From positions 6,315 through 70,314 of the forward strand of contig JAPPPQ010000059.1 in NCBI GenBank assembly GCA_028817435.1: DNA of 64,000 nt, given 5' to 3'. The notes under the pieces were generated by a model. It was not told where the DNA came from and did no database searches. It worked only from the letters and a program-made list of their open reading frames with translations. The position numbers were made by a program, and so were the translations under genes. The DNA is from Deltaproteobacteria bacterium. GTDB taxonomy: Bacteria; Myxococcota_A; UBA9160; UBA6930. Positions 56,853 through 64,000 of this stretch are shown one piece after another. The number at the start of each line of letters is the position of its first letter. Within the stretch, counting starts at the first letter, position 1.

Positions 56853-58136
56853 ATGCAGCAGGCGATGCACAGCGCGGCGGGCCGCGGGGCGGAAGCCGCG
56901 CAGCGGGTGGGGGGGGCGGGCATTGTGCTGCTCGGCGTGCTGGCGCTGGCGATGCAATTGCCGGTTACCCTGCCGGTGCCCGTGTTGCGCGGGCTGGTGC
57001 AGGAGCGCTTCGCTGTTTCGGAGCTGCTCGCCTCGCTGTTCATGTCGGCGAACATGGTGGGGGCGGTAATTGCTGCGCCGCTGGCGGGCGCGCTGGCAGA
57101 TCGCTTCGGGCGCAGGCCGCTGTGCATTGCCGCGGCGCTGCTGGCCGATGCGCTGTTGTTTCTGTCGCTCACGCTGGAGCTTCCCTATGCGGCTTTTCTC
57201 ACGCTGCGCTTCTTCGAGGGCTGCGCGCACATTTCTGCAATCTCGCTGCTGCTCGGGCTGGCGGCAGATGCGCGTCCGGCCGCAGAGCGCGGTTGGGTAA
57301 TGGGCGTGGTGGGGGCGGGCATGATGCTCGGTGTGGGCATTGGCGCGCCGCTGGGCGGCTGGCTCGGCGCCGATGGTGTGCTGCGCCCCCTCTACATTGG
57401 CGCGGCGCTGCTGCTGGCCTGCGCCCCCGCGGTGCTGTGGCTGCGCGAAACCGCCGCCCGCCAACACCGCCACCGCCCGGGCCTCGCCGAGATTGCCGGG
57501 CTGCTGCGCCGCCGCCGCCTGCTGCTGTTGCCGCTGCTCTTCGCCTTTGCCGACCGCTTCACCGTCGGCTTTTTCACCACCACCTTCTCATTTTTTCTGA
57601 GCAGCGTGCACGGCTTTGCCGCGCCGCAAATCGGCGTGCTGTTCGGATTCTTCATGCTGCCCTTCGCCATGCTCTCGCTGCCATGCGGCTGGCTTTCGCA
57701 GCGCAGTTCCCGCGCGCTGCTGCTCTGCGGCGGCAGCCTGTTGTATGGCGCGCTGGTGGCGAGCCTGGGCCACTGGCCGGGCGCATGGCTGGTGGCGCCC
57801 ATGCTGGCTTCCGGCGCAGCGGCGGCGCTGATGTTCGTCCCCTCGCTGCTGATGACCAGCGAACTCACCCCCGGCGCGGCGCGCACCACCGCCCTCGGCG
57901 CATTCAACGCCGCCGGCAGCCTGGGCTTCATCATCGGCCCCGTGGTGGGCGGCGCGGTGAGTCAAATTGTCGCGGCAGATTGGGGCTGGCTGACGGGTTA
58001 CCGCGCGGCTTTCTGGGTGGCGGGCGCTTCGGAAATCGCCCTGGCGCTGCTGGCCTTTCCGCTGTTGTGGCGCTTCGAGAAAAGCGCGCGGAATCAGCCC
58101 GGCGCGGGCGAGCCGGGCGCGGCCGGCTCGGGATAA
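56853..58136 (+). CDS. MFS transporter
   Basis: MFS motif A ([10 protein letters not shown]); about 12 hydrophobic segments. Confidence 0.9.
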   Translation: MQQAMHSAAGRGAEAAQRVGGAGIVLLGVLALAMQLPVTLPVPVLRGLVQERFAVSELLASLFMSANMVGAVIAAPLAGALADRFGRRPLCIAAALLADALLFLSLTLELPYAAFLTLRFFEGCAHISAISLLLGLAADARPAAERGWVMGVVGAGMMLGVGIGAPLGGWLGADGVLRPLYIGAALLLACAPAVLWLRETAARQHRHRPGLAEIAGLLRRRRLLLLPLLFAFADRFTVGFFTTTFSFFLSSVHGFAAPQIGVLFGFFMLPFAMLSLPCGWLSQRSSRALLLCGGSLLYGALVASLGHWPGAWLVAPMLASGAAAALMFVPSLLMTSELTPGAARTTALGAFNAAGSLGFIIGPVVGGAVSQIVAADWGWLTGYRAAFWVAGASEIALALLAFPLLWRFEKSARNQPGAGEPGAAGSG

Positions 58137-58774
58137 CCGACGCCGCAGCCGCCCAGGCCGCAGTAGCCGCCGGGATTCTTGTGGAGGTATTGCTGGTGGT
58201 AATCCTCGGCGTAGTAAAAGCGCGCGGCCTCGCAGATTTCGGTGGTGATGGGGCCGCGCCCGGCGGCGGCAAGCGCTTCGCCGTAACGCGCCGCGCTGGC
58301 CTGCGCCAGCTGATGCTGCGCCGCCGAGTAGGTGTAGATGCCCGAGCGATACTGCGTGCCCACATCATTGCCCTGCCGCATACCCTGGGTGGGGTCGTGC
58401 CCCTCCCAGAAAATTCGCAGCAGGGCCTCGTAGCGGATGGCGGCGGGATCGAAGACCACGCGCACCGCTTCGCTGTGGCCGGTCATGCCGCTGCACACTT
58501 CTTCGTAGGTGGGGTTGGGCGTGTGGCCGGCGGCGTAGCCCACTGCGGTGCTGAAGACGCCTGCGGCCTGCCAGAACAGGCGCTCTGCCCCCCAAAAGCA
58601 GCCCAGCGCAAACATCGCGCATTCCAGCCCCTCGGGAAAAGGCGGCAGGATGGGGCGGCCCAACACGGCGTGGCGGTTGGCGACGCGCAGCTTCTGCGCC
58701 CGTCCGGGCAGCGCCTGCCCAGGGCCGGGGATGGCCGGGCCTTGCCGGAAGCTCACTGGCGCGCTCTTTTGCAC
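58094..58774 (-). CDS. msrA: Peptide-methionine (S)-S-oxide reductase
   Basis: [25 protein letters not shown] and AEDYHQQY; exact start uncertain. Confidence 0.95.
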   Translation of the reverse strand: MQKSAPVSFRQGPAIPGPGQALPGRAQKLRVANRHAVLGRPILPPFPEGLECAMFALGCFWGAERLFWQAAGVFSTAVGYAAGHTPNPTYEEVCSGMTGHSEAVRVVFDPAAIRYEALLRIFWEGHDPTQGMRQGNDVGTQYRSGIYTYSAAQHQLAQASAARYGEALAAAGRGPITTEICEAARFYYAEDYHQQYLHKNPGGYCGLGGCGVGYPEPAAPGSPAPG

Positions 58775-58854
58775 TACACTGCTAGGCTAGCACAGCGCCC
58801 CCACGGCGTTGCCCGCAGAGCAGGCGGAAGCAGCGCGGCTGGAAGGAACTGGAC

Positions 58855-61665
58855 ATGGCGGACACGGGAGCGGGTGTGGCAGCCGCGCGTGCGGCTGGAC
58901 GGCGGAGTGCGGGCATTGCGGCGGGGCTGCTCTGCCTGGCCTTGGCCGCGGCGTGCTCCAGCGGCGGCGGCAGCGCGCCGCCCCCGCCCCCGGCGACCGT
59001 GCCGCCCACCACTCCCGTGCCGCCCACCACGCCGGAGCCGCCCATGCCGCCTCCGCCGCCGGAGCCGCCGCCCTTCCCGCGCACCACCACCGATCCGGCG
59101 GGCTTCAATTTCCCCTCTTTCACCGACGAGCAGTTCGCGGCGGCGAAGCGCCCCTTCGAGGAGAACCGGGAATACCGCGTCAGCTATACGCGCGGGACCA
59201 CCATGGGGACCGATGGGTCTCTCGGCCTGATCAACGCCGCCGCCGCCTACGCCCGGGGGGCGACCGGCGCGGGAGAGACGATGGTATTCGGCGACAGCGG
59301 CTTTTACCCGGACCACCGCGAGCTCAGCGCCAATGGCAAATTCACTCTCGTCGCCAACTTCGGCGCAGCGTGCACTGCCGAGGAGATCCGCCGGAGACTC
59401 TGCGCCGACGCCGACCACGGCACCGCCACCGCCGCTGTTGCCGCAGGCACCCGCCACAATCCCGGCCTGGGCGGCGGAATTGATATGCACGGCGTGGCCT
59501 TTGACGCCAACATCCGGGGCGTCCGCCGCCGCCTCGGCGCGGGTGGCAGAACCGGGCTCCGGCTGCTCCCGACTCTGAGCGGTTACGACGACAGCGATGA
59601 TGCCGCTTTCTACGAACGCCTGCTCTATGAGCCGGTAGATGCCAGCCTGCCCGTGGAGGAGAGAACCTACGACCGCAATCGGCCCTGGGGCTTCGTTTTC
59701 AATTTCAGCTTTGGCACCGTCCACGGCATTGCTTCCTTCAATCGGGAGCAGATCCGAAACGCGTTTCCCCGGCTCGCCGCGCTGTTCGCCCAGGCGCACC
59801 GCCCCGCCGCCGACCGCAGCATCATCGTGTGGGCCGCCGGCAACGGGGTGAACGAAAATTACGACAGAGACTTTGACGGCGACGGCGAACTGGACACCTG
59901 TGGCGGCATTGTTCCCGGCGGCCTCTGCCCTGCGCCTTCCCCCGGTGCGGAGCAGCCCCGGGAAGAAGTGGATGCGGGCGATCCCGTTGATTCCAGCGCT
60001 CCCACCATAACAACCGCACTCGGCGTTCACTTCCCGGAACTGGTGGGCCATATCCTGGCAGTGGTGGCCGTTCAGCAAGACGGGCACATCGCCGGATTTT
60101 CCAACCGCTGCGGCATCGCCCGGGATTTCTGCCTCGCTGCTCCCGGCGTTGGCATCGTCGGGCCTCAAATGGGATTGGGCGAAACCAATTCCCGAGGCGA
60201 AACGGTGTTCCCGACCGACAGCTACCGCACATGGCAAGGCACCTCTTTCGCCGCGCCCATGGTCACCGGCGCGCTGGCCGTCATGCGCTCGTTCTTCAAG
60301 AACCCCGACGGCAGCTACGCGCTCGGCAACACCGAGCTCGTCACCCGCCTGCTCGCCACCGCAGACCGCACCAACTACAACGCCGACGGCAGCGGCGGCC
60401 CGGATTACTCCGACAGCGCCATCTACGGCCAGGGCCTGCTCGATCTCGACGCCGCCACCCGCCCGGTGGGCCGCCTGTCCACCGCCATGCACGGCGCGGG
60501 CGATCCCGCGGGCATTGGGCTCGACACCGTCGGCGCAGCATTCGGCGCGGGATTCGCCCAGCGCCTTGGCGCCACAAAGGTGGCGCTCTACGACGAGTTG
60601 AACGCGCCCTTCTTCCGGCCCGCCGCCCAGTGGCTGCGCAATCCAGAGCCGCGCGGCGCAGAGCGGGATACCGGCGTGTTCCGCGCCGGGGTGCAGAGCG
60701 GCGCGGCCGGATTCGCCTTCGCCGCCCGCCGCGTGCTGGGCGCGGCCGATTTGCGCTCCGCCGCGCGCTTGGAATCGGCCGCGCCGCGCCAGTGGCTCGA
60801 AGGCGCGCTGGTCACTTTCGGCAGCGGCAATTCCTCGTGGTGGGCGGGCTGGAACGCCGCCGCGCTGGATGGCGCACCCGGCCTCGGCCCCGGCGCAGAT
60901 GGTTTTGGCGCTGCGGATGCATTGGGCGGCGCGCGCCGTGCGCCGTTCTTTTCTTTCGTCGGCGACGGCCCCGGCGCGGGATTTTCCCGCAGCATTGGCG
61001 GCGGGCGCATTGCACTGCGGGTGCAGCGCGGCGCGCCCTTGGCAGAGGGCCGCGCACTGGGCGCGGCCTGGAAATCCGGCATGGCGGCAGATTTGCGCTG
61101 GCGCCCAGGCAAAATGCCGCTGGCCCTGCACCTCGGCGTTGTGCGCGAACAGGATGGATTCCTGGGCGCGCGCGCCACCGGCGCCATGGGCCGCGCCAAA
61201 AGCACCACCGCTTTTGCCGGCGTGGGCGCAAACTGGCGCATGGGAAACTGGCTCGGCAGCGCCAGCGCGTTTCTCGGCACAACCGATCCGCAAACCGCGC
61301 CGGGGTTGTTGCGCGGGGTGAGCGAGCTGCGCAGCGAAGCCTTCGCCCTCAGCGCAACCCGGCGCGGCCTGTTGCAGCGCGATGATCGCTTCACCCTCCG
61401 CCTGGCGCAGCCGCTGCGCGTGCGCAGTGGCGCGGCGCACTTTCGCTTTGCGGCAGGGCGCACGCGCTATGGCGAGATGCTCTACCGCGATCACCGCATT
61501 GCGCTGCGGCCGCAGGGCCGCGCCATTGAAGTTTCGGCCGCATGGCAGGGCCAGTTGCGCGGCGGCCAGCTGCGCCTCGGCCTCCGGGCTACCCGGCACC
61601 CCGGCCACAATGCCGCGGCGGGTTTTGCCGGCGGAGGCTGGCTGAGCTACCGCAGGCAATTCTGA
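58855..61665 (+). CDS. S8 (subtilisin-like) protease lipoprotein with Pro-rich linker and C-terminal beta-barrel-like domain
   Basis: Lipobox LAAAC; catalytic D (GDSG), H (DHGT), oxyanion N (AAGN), S (GTSFAAP); YGQGLLDL; terminal Phe. Confidence 0.88.
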   Translation: MADTGAGVAAARAAGRRSAGIAAGLLCLALAAACSSGGGSAPPPPPATVPPTTPVPPTTPEPPMPPPPPEPPPFPRTTTDPAGFNFPSFTDEQFAAAKRPFEENREYRVSYTRGTTMGTDGSLGLINAAAAYARGATGAGETMVFGDSGFYPDHRELSANGKFTLVANFGAACTAEEIRRRLCADADHGTATAAVAAGTRHNPGLGGGIDMHGVAFDANIRGVRRRLGAGGRTGLRLLPTLSGYDDSDDAAFYERLLYEPVDASLPVEERTYDRNRPWGFVFNFSFGTVHGIASFNREQIRNAFPRLAALFAQAHRPAADRSIIVWAAGNGVNENYDRDFDGDGELDTCGGIVPGGLCPAPSPGAEQPREEVDAGDPVDSSAPTITTALGVHFPELVGHILAVVAVQQDGHIAGFSNRCGIARDFCLAAPGVGIVGPQMGLGETNSRGETVFPTDSYRTWQGTSFAAPMVTGALAVMRSFFKNPDGSYALGNTELVTRLLATADRTNYNADGSGGPDYSDSAIYGQGLLDLDAATRPVGRLSTAMHGAGDPAGIGLDTVGAAFGAGFAQRLGATKVALYDELNAPFFRPAAQWLRNPEPRGAERDTGVFRAGVQSGAAGFAFAARRVLGAADLRSAARLESAAPRQWLEGALVTFGSGNSSWWAGWNAAALDGAPGLGPGADGFGAADALGGARRAPFFSFVGDGPGAGFSRSIGGGRIALRVQRGAPLAEGRALGAAWKSGMAADLRWRPGKMPLALHLGVVREQDGFLGARATGAMGRAKSTTAFAGVGANWRMGNWLGSASAFLGTTDPQTAPGLLRGVSELRSEAFALSATRRGLLQRDDRFTLRLAQPLRVRSGAAHFRFAAGRTRYGEMLYRDHRIALRPQGRAIEVSAAWQGQLRGGQLRLGLRATRHPGHNAAAGFAGGGWLSYRRQF

Positions 61666-64000
61666 TGCGTCCGCTGCGCAATGCACCTTGGCCTGTCTGG
61701 CTGCTCTGCCTGTTTTTCGCCGCCTGTTCCAGCGGCGGTGGTGGTGGTGGCGCGCCTTCGCTGCCGCCCGATCCGCGGCAGGTGGATCCCCCCGACCTCA
61801 ATGCGCGGCAACAGCGCTTTGCCGAAAGCGCGGAGTTCGCGGAGCAATCGGCCCTGTCGCAGATTGGCGCGGGCTATGCCTATGCGCGGGGCGCCACCGG
61901 CGCAGGCGAAACGCTGGTGATTGTGGACAGCGGGCTGCAGGCGAACCACCGGGAATTCGCCGGCAAACGAGTGCAGATTTCCGGTCACCCGAATACTCCC
62001 GGTTATCGCGCCGGAATTGCGCAGAGCAGCCATGGCACCGCAACCGCCGGCGTCGCCGCCGCCCGCCGGGATCTCGACACCGCGGTGTCTCGCAATATGC
62101 ACGGCGTCGCCTTCGACGCCGATGTGCACATGGTGAACATTCCGCTGGGGAGCGCGCCGCCCACCTACACACCGCTTCCCCTTTCTGCCTTCAGCGGCAG
62201 GGACGATCTCTACTGGGAATCGCTGCTCGGCTACGCGGCGGGGCTGGGGGCCATCGTCAACCTGAGCCTCGGCTTCCCAGGCGCGATCAGCGAGCCCGCC
62301 TATACCCGCACGGAGGTGCGCCGCGTCTTTGCGCGAACAGCGGCGGCGCTGGCGCAGGCCGGAACGCCGGATGCGGAAAAGAGCATATTCGTATGGGCGG
62401 CGGGCAATGCGGGTCAGTCCTTCACCGCCGCTGGCGAAGCGGCGCGGGCCGATGCGCCGGAACTTCTGGGCGGTCTGGGCGTGCACTTCCCCGAGTTGCG
62501 AAGCCATGTGCTCGCCGTTGTAGCGCTGGGAGACCGGCCGGGCGCATCGGGGCAGCTCGAGATCGCCAGCTTTTCCAATCACTGCGGCATTGCCCGGGAT
62601 TTTTGCCTCGCTGCTCCAGGTCTGCGGCTCACCGCGCCCGCTACCGATACGAGCCGCATGGATCGCTACCGCTCTTTCTCCGGCACCTCCGCCGCCGCCC
62701 CCGTGGTGAGCGGCGCGCTGGCCGTGCTGCGGCATCGCTTTCGCAACGATGATGGCAGCTATGCCCTCGGCAACACCGAGTTGGTGGCGCGGCTGCTGGC
62801 GACGGCGGACCGCACGGGCGTGTTTGCCAACAGCGACATCTACGGGCGGGGCAAGTTGGATTTGAACGCCGCCACCAGACCCAGCGGCGCGGTGCGGTTG
62901 CTGCTGGGGGAGACTCTCGCGGGTCCCGCTGCGCCGGAATCGCTGAGCGCGCTTGCGCCCGGCGCGGCATTCGGAGATGCGCTCTCGTCCGCGCTCGCGC
63001 GCCGCCAAGTGGCCGCTTTCGATTCGCTGGATGCGCCGTTCCGGCGCTCACTGGCCTCGTATCTGCCGGCGCAGTCCGGCGCGCGCCGGAGTTTGCCGGA
63101 GCAATTGCGCGCACTGGGAGGCGACCCGCGCGGCGCGGCGCTCGCCATGGCCGGCGGCGGCGTCCTGCGGCTGCACGCCTCGCGCGCGGCGGATGCAGCG
63201 GGCGCGGCGGATGCACTGCGCAGCGCGGGCGCGCCACCTTTTCCGCAGCCGGGAAATTTTGCGCACGCCGCAACTGCATCCGCAGCGCAACTGGATTCGC
63301 TGTGGTTCTCGCAGTCCCTCGGCGCAAGCGGCGCGGGTGTTTTTTTGGGATTGCGCGGCCACCCGGGCTGGGATTTCGGCCTGCACGCGGCGGGCGCGGT
63401 ATCGCCGGGGCAGTTCAGCGACAGCGGGGCCTTTGCGAATCCCTACCTTTCTTTTGCCCGCGCGGGTGGCGTGGCGGGTGTGGCGGCGCCCGCCGCGGGG
63501 GGCGTGTTGCGCGCGGCGGCTTTTCGGGGCGGCGCGCAGTGGGGCGCGCTGCGCGATCCGGACGCGGCGCAGGCATTCGGCGGCGTGCTGGAGTTTCAGG
63601 CGGGTAGCAGGGCGCGCGGCGCTGCGCTTTCGGCGGGGATGTTGCGGGAGCCGGAGCGGCTGATGGGAAGCCGCCAGCGCGGCGCATTTGGCGGCGGCGG
63701 CGGGCGCAGCTGGTTTGCGGGCGCTTCGGCGCACTGGCCGTTGACAGGCGCGGCGCGCGGCGGATTGCGCGGCTTCGCATCGCTGCACGCCGGCTACACC
63801 CGCGCCGCACCGCGCGCGGGCGTTTCGCAGAGCGCCATGCTGTCGTGGCAAGCGCCGCTGTGGAGCAGCGCCTGGGCCGTGGGGGTTTCGAGGCGCGGCG
63901 TGCTGGCGCCACGCGACCAGTTGTCGCTGCGCCTGTCGCAGCCGCTGCGGGTGGAACGGGGCCGCGCCGCGCTGCGCTGGATCAGCGGCCGCCATTGGAA
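61665..64000 (+). CDS. Second S8 protease lipoprotein (paralog); runs off right edge
   Basis: Hand translation from ATG 61665 (TGATG overlap): FAACSSGGG, AYARGATGAGETLVIVDSG, SHGTATA, WAAGN, SGTSAAAP. Confidence 0.85.
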   Translation, partial: MRPLRNAPWPVWLLCLFFAACSSGGGGGGAPSLPPDPRQVDPPDLNARQQRFAESAEFAEQSALSQIGAGYAYARGATGAGETLVIVDSGLQANHREFAGKRVQISGHPNTPGYRAGIAQSSHGTATAGVAAARRDLDTAVSRNMHGVAFDADVHMVNIPLGSAPPTYTPLPLSAFSGRDDLYWESLLGYAAGLGAIVNLSLGFPGAISEPAYTRTEVRRVFARTAAALAQAGTPDAEKSIFVWAAGNAGQSFTAAGEAARADAPELLGGLGVHFPELRSHVLAVVALGDRPGASGQLEIASFSNHCGIARDFCLAAPGLRLTAPATDTSRMDRYRSFSGTSAAAPVVSGALAVLRHRFRNDDGSYALGNTELVARLLATADRTGVFANSDIYGRGKLDLNAATRPSGAVRLLLGETLAGPAAPESLSALAPGAAFGDALSSALARRQVAAFDSLDAPFRRSLASYLPAQSGARRSLPEQLRALGGDPRGAALAMAGGGVLRLHASRAADAAGAADALRSAGAPPFPQPGNFAHAATASAAQLDSLWFSQSLGASGAGVFLGLRGHPGWDFGLHAAGAVSPGQFSDSGAFANPYLSFARAGGVAGVAAPAAGGVLRAAAFRGGAQWGALRDPDAAQAFGGVLEFQAGSRARGAALSAGMLREPERLMGSRQRGAFGGGGGRSWFAGASAHWPLTGAARGGLRGFASLHAGYTRAAPRAGVSQSAMLSWQAPLWSSAWAVGVSRRGVLAPRDQLSLRLSQPLRVERGRAALRWISGRHW

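Noticed and set aside
58094-58136. 3' overlaps of convergent genes (also 13736-13757 and 44440-44461)
   Set aside because: Short tail-to-tail overlaps are common in compact high-GC genomes.
56587-58855. tRNA-anchored genomic island
   Set aside because: No integrase, no duplicated tRNA 3' end seen, and flanking genes have host-like composition.
58975-59075. C-rich short repeats
   Set aside because: Explained by the Pro-rich linker of the S8 lipoprotein.

Overview
High-GC, gene-dense bacterial chromosomal window. It is dominated by lipid/steroid/aromatic CoA-dependent catabolism: enoyl-CoA hydratases, an SCP2-type thiolase with an HMGS-like/OB-fold partner, paired acyl-CoA dehydrogenases, two F420-type LLM oxidoreductases, a Rieske oxygenase, a P450, TesB and CoA-transferases. 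It also carries transporters (MFS, RND, TRAP, two TonB-dependent receptors), a divergent tRNA-His/tRNA-Arg pair, msrA and two tandem S8 protease lipoproteins. Four lower-GC insertions interrupt the backbone. (1) 6.6-10.5 kb: a four-gene defence operon with a small 3-TM protein, a ThsB-like TIR protein and a BcgI-like type IIB R-M pair, but no canonical ThsA. (2) 18.6-20.3 kb: one ORF with two tandem UDG-superfamily domains resembling the anti-phage glycosylase Brig1. (3) 31.3-35.5 kb: a 13-repeat Ig/cadherin-like protein downstream of an inverse-autotransporter barrel that has almost no passenger. (4) 47.9-51.0 kb: a TonB receptor whose RBS-bearing start is out of frame across a G16 tract. Two sets of repeated operator sites and a polar C/G skew flanking the insertions were also seen. 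All family assignments come from motif recognition, not database searches.
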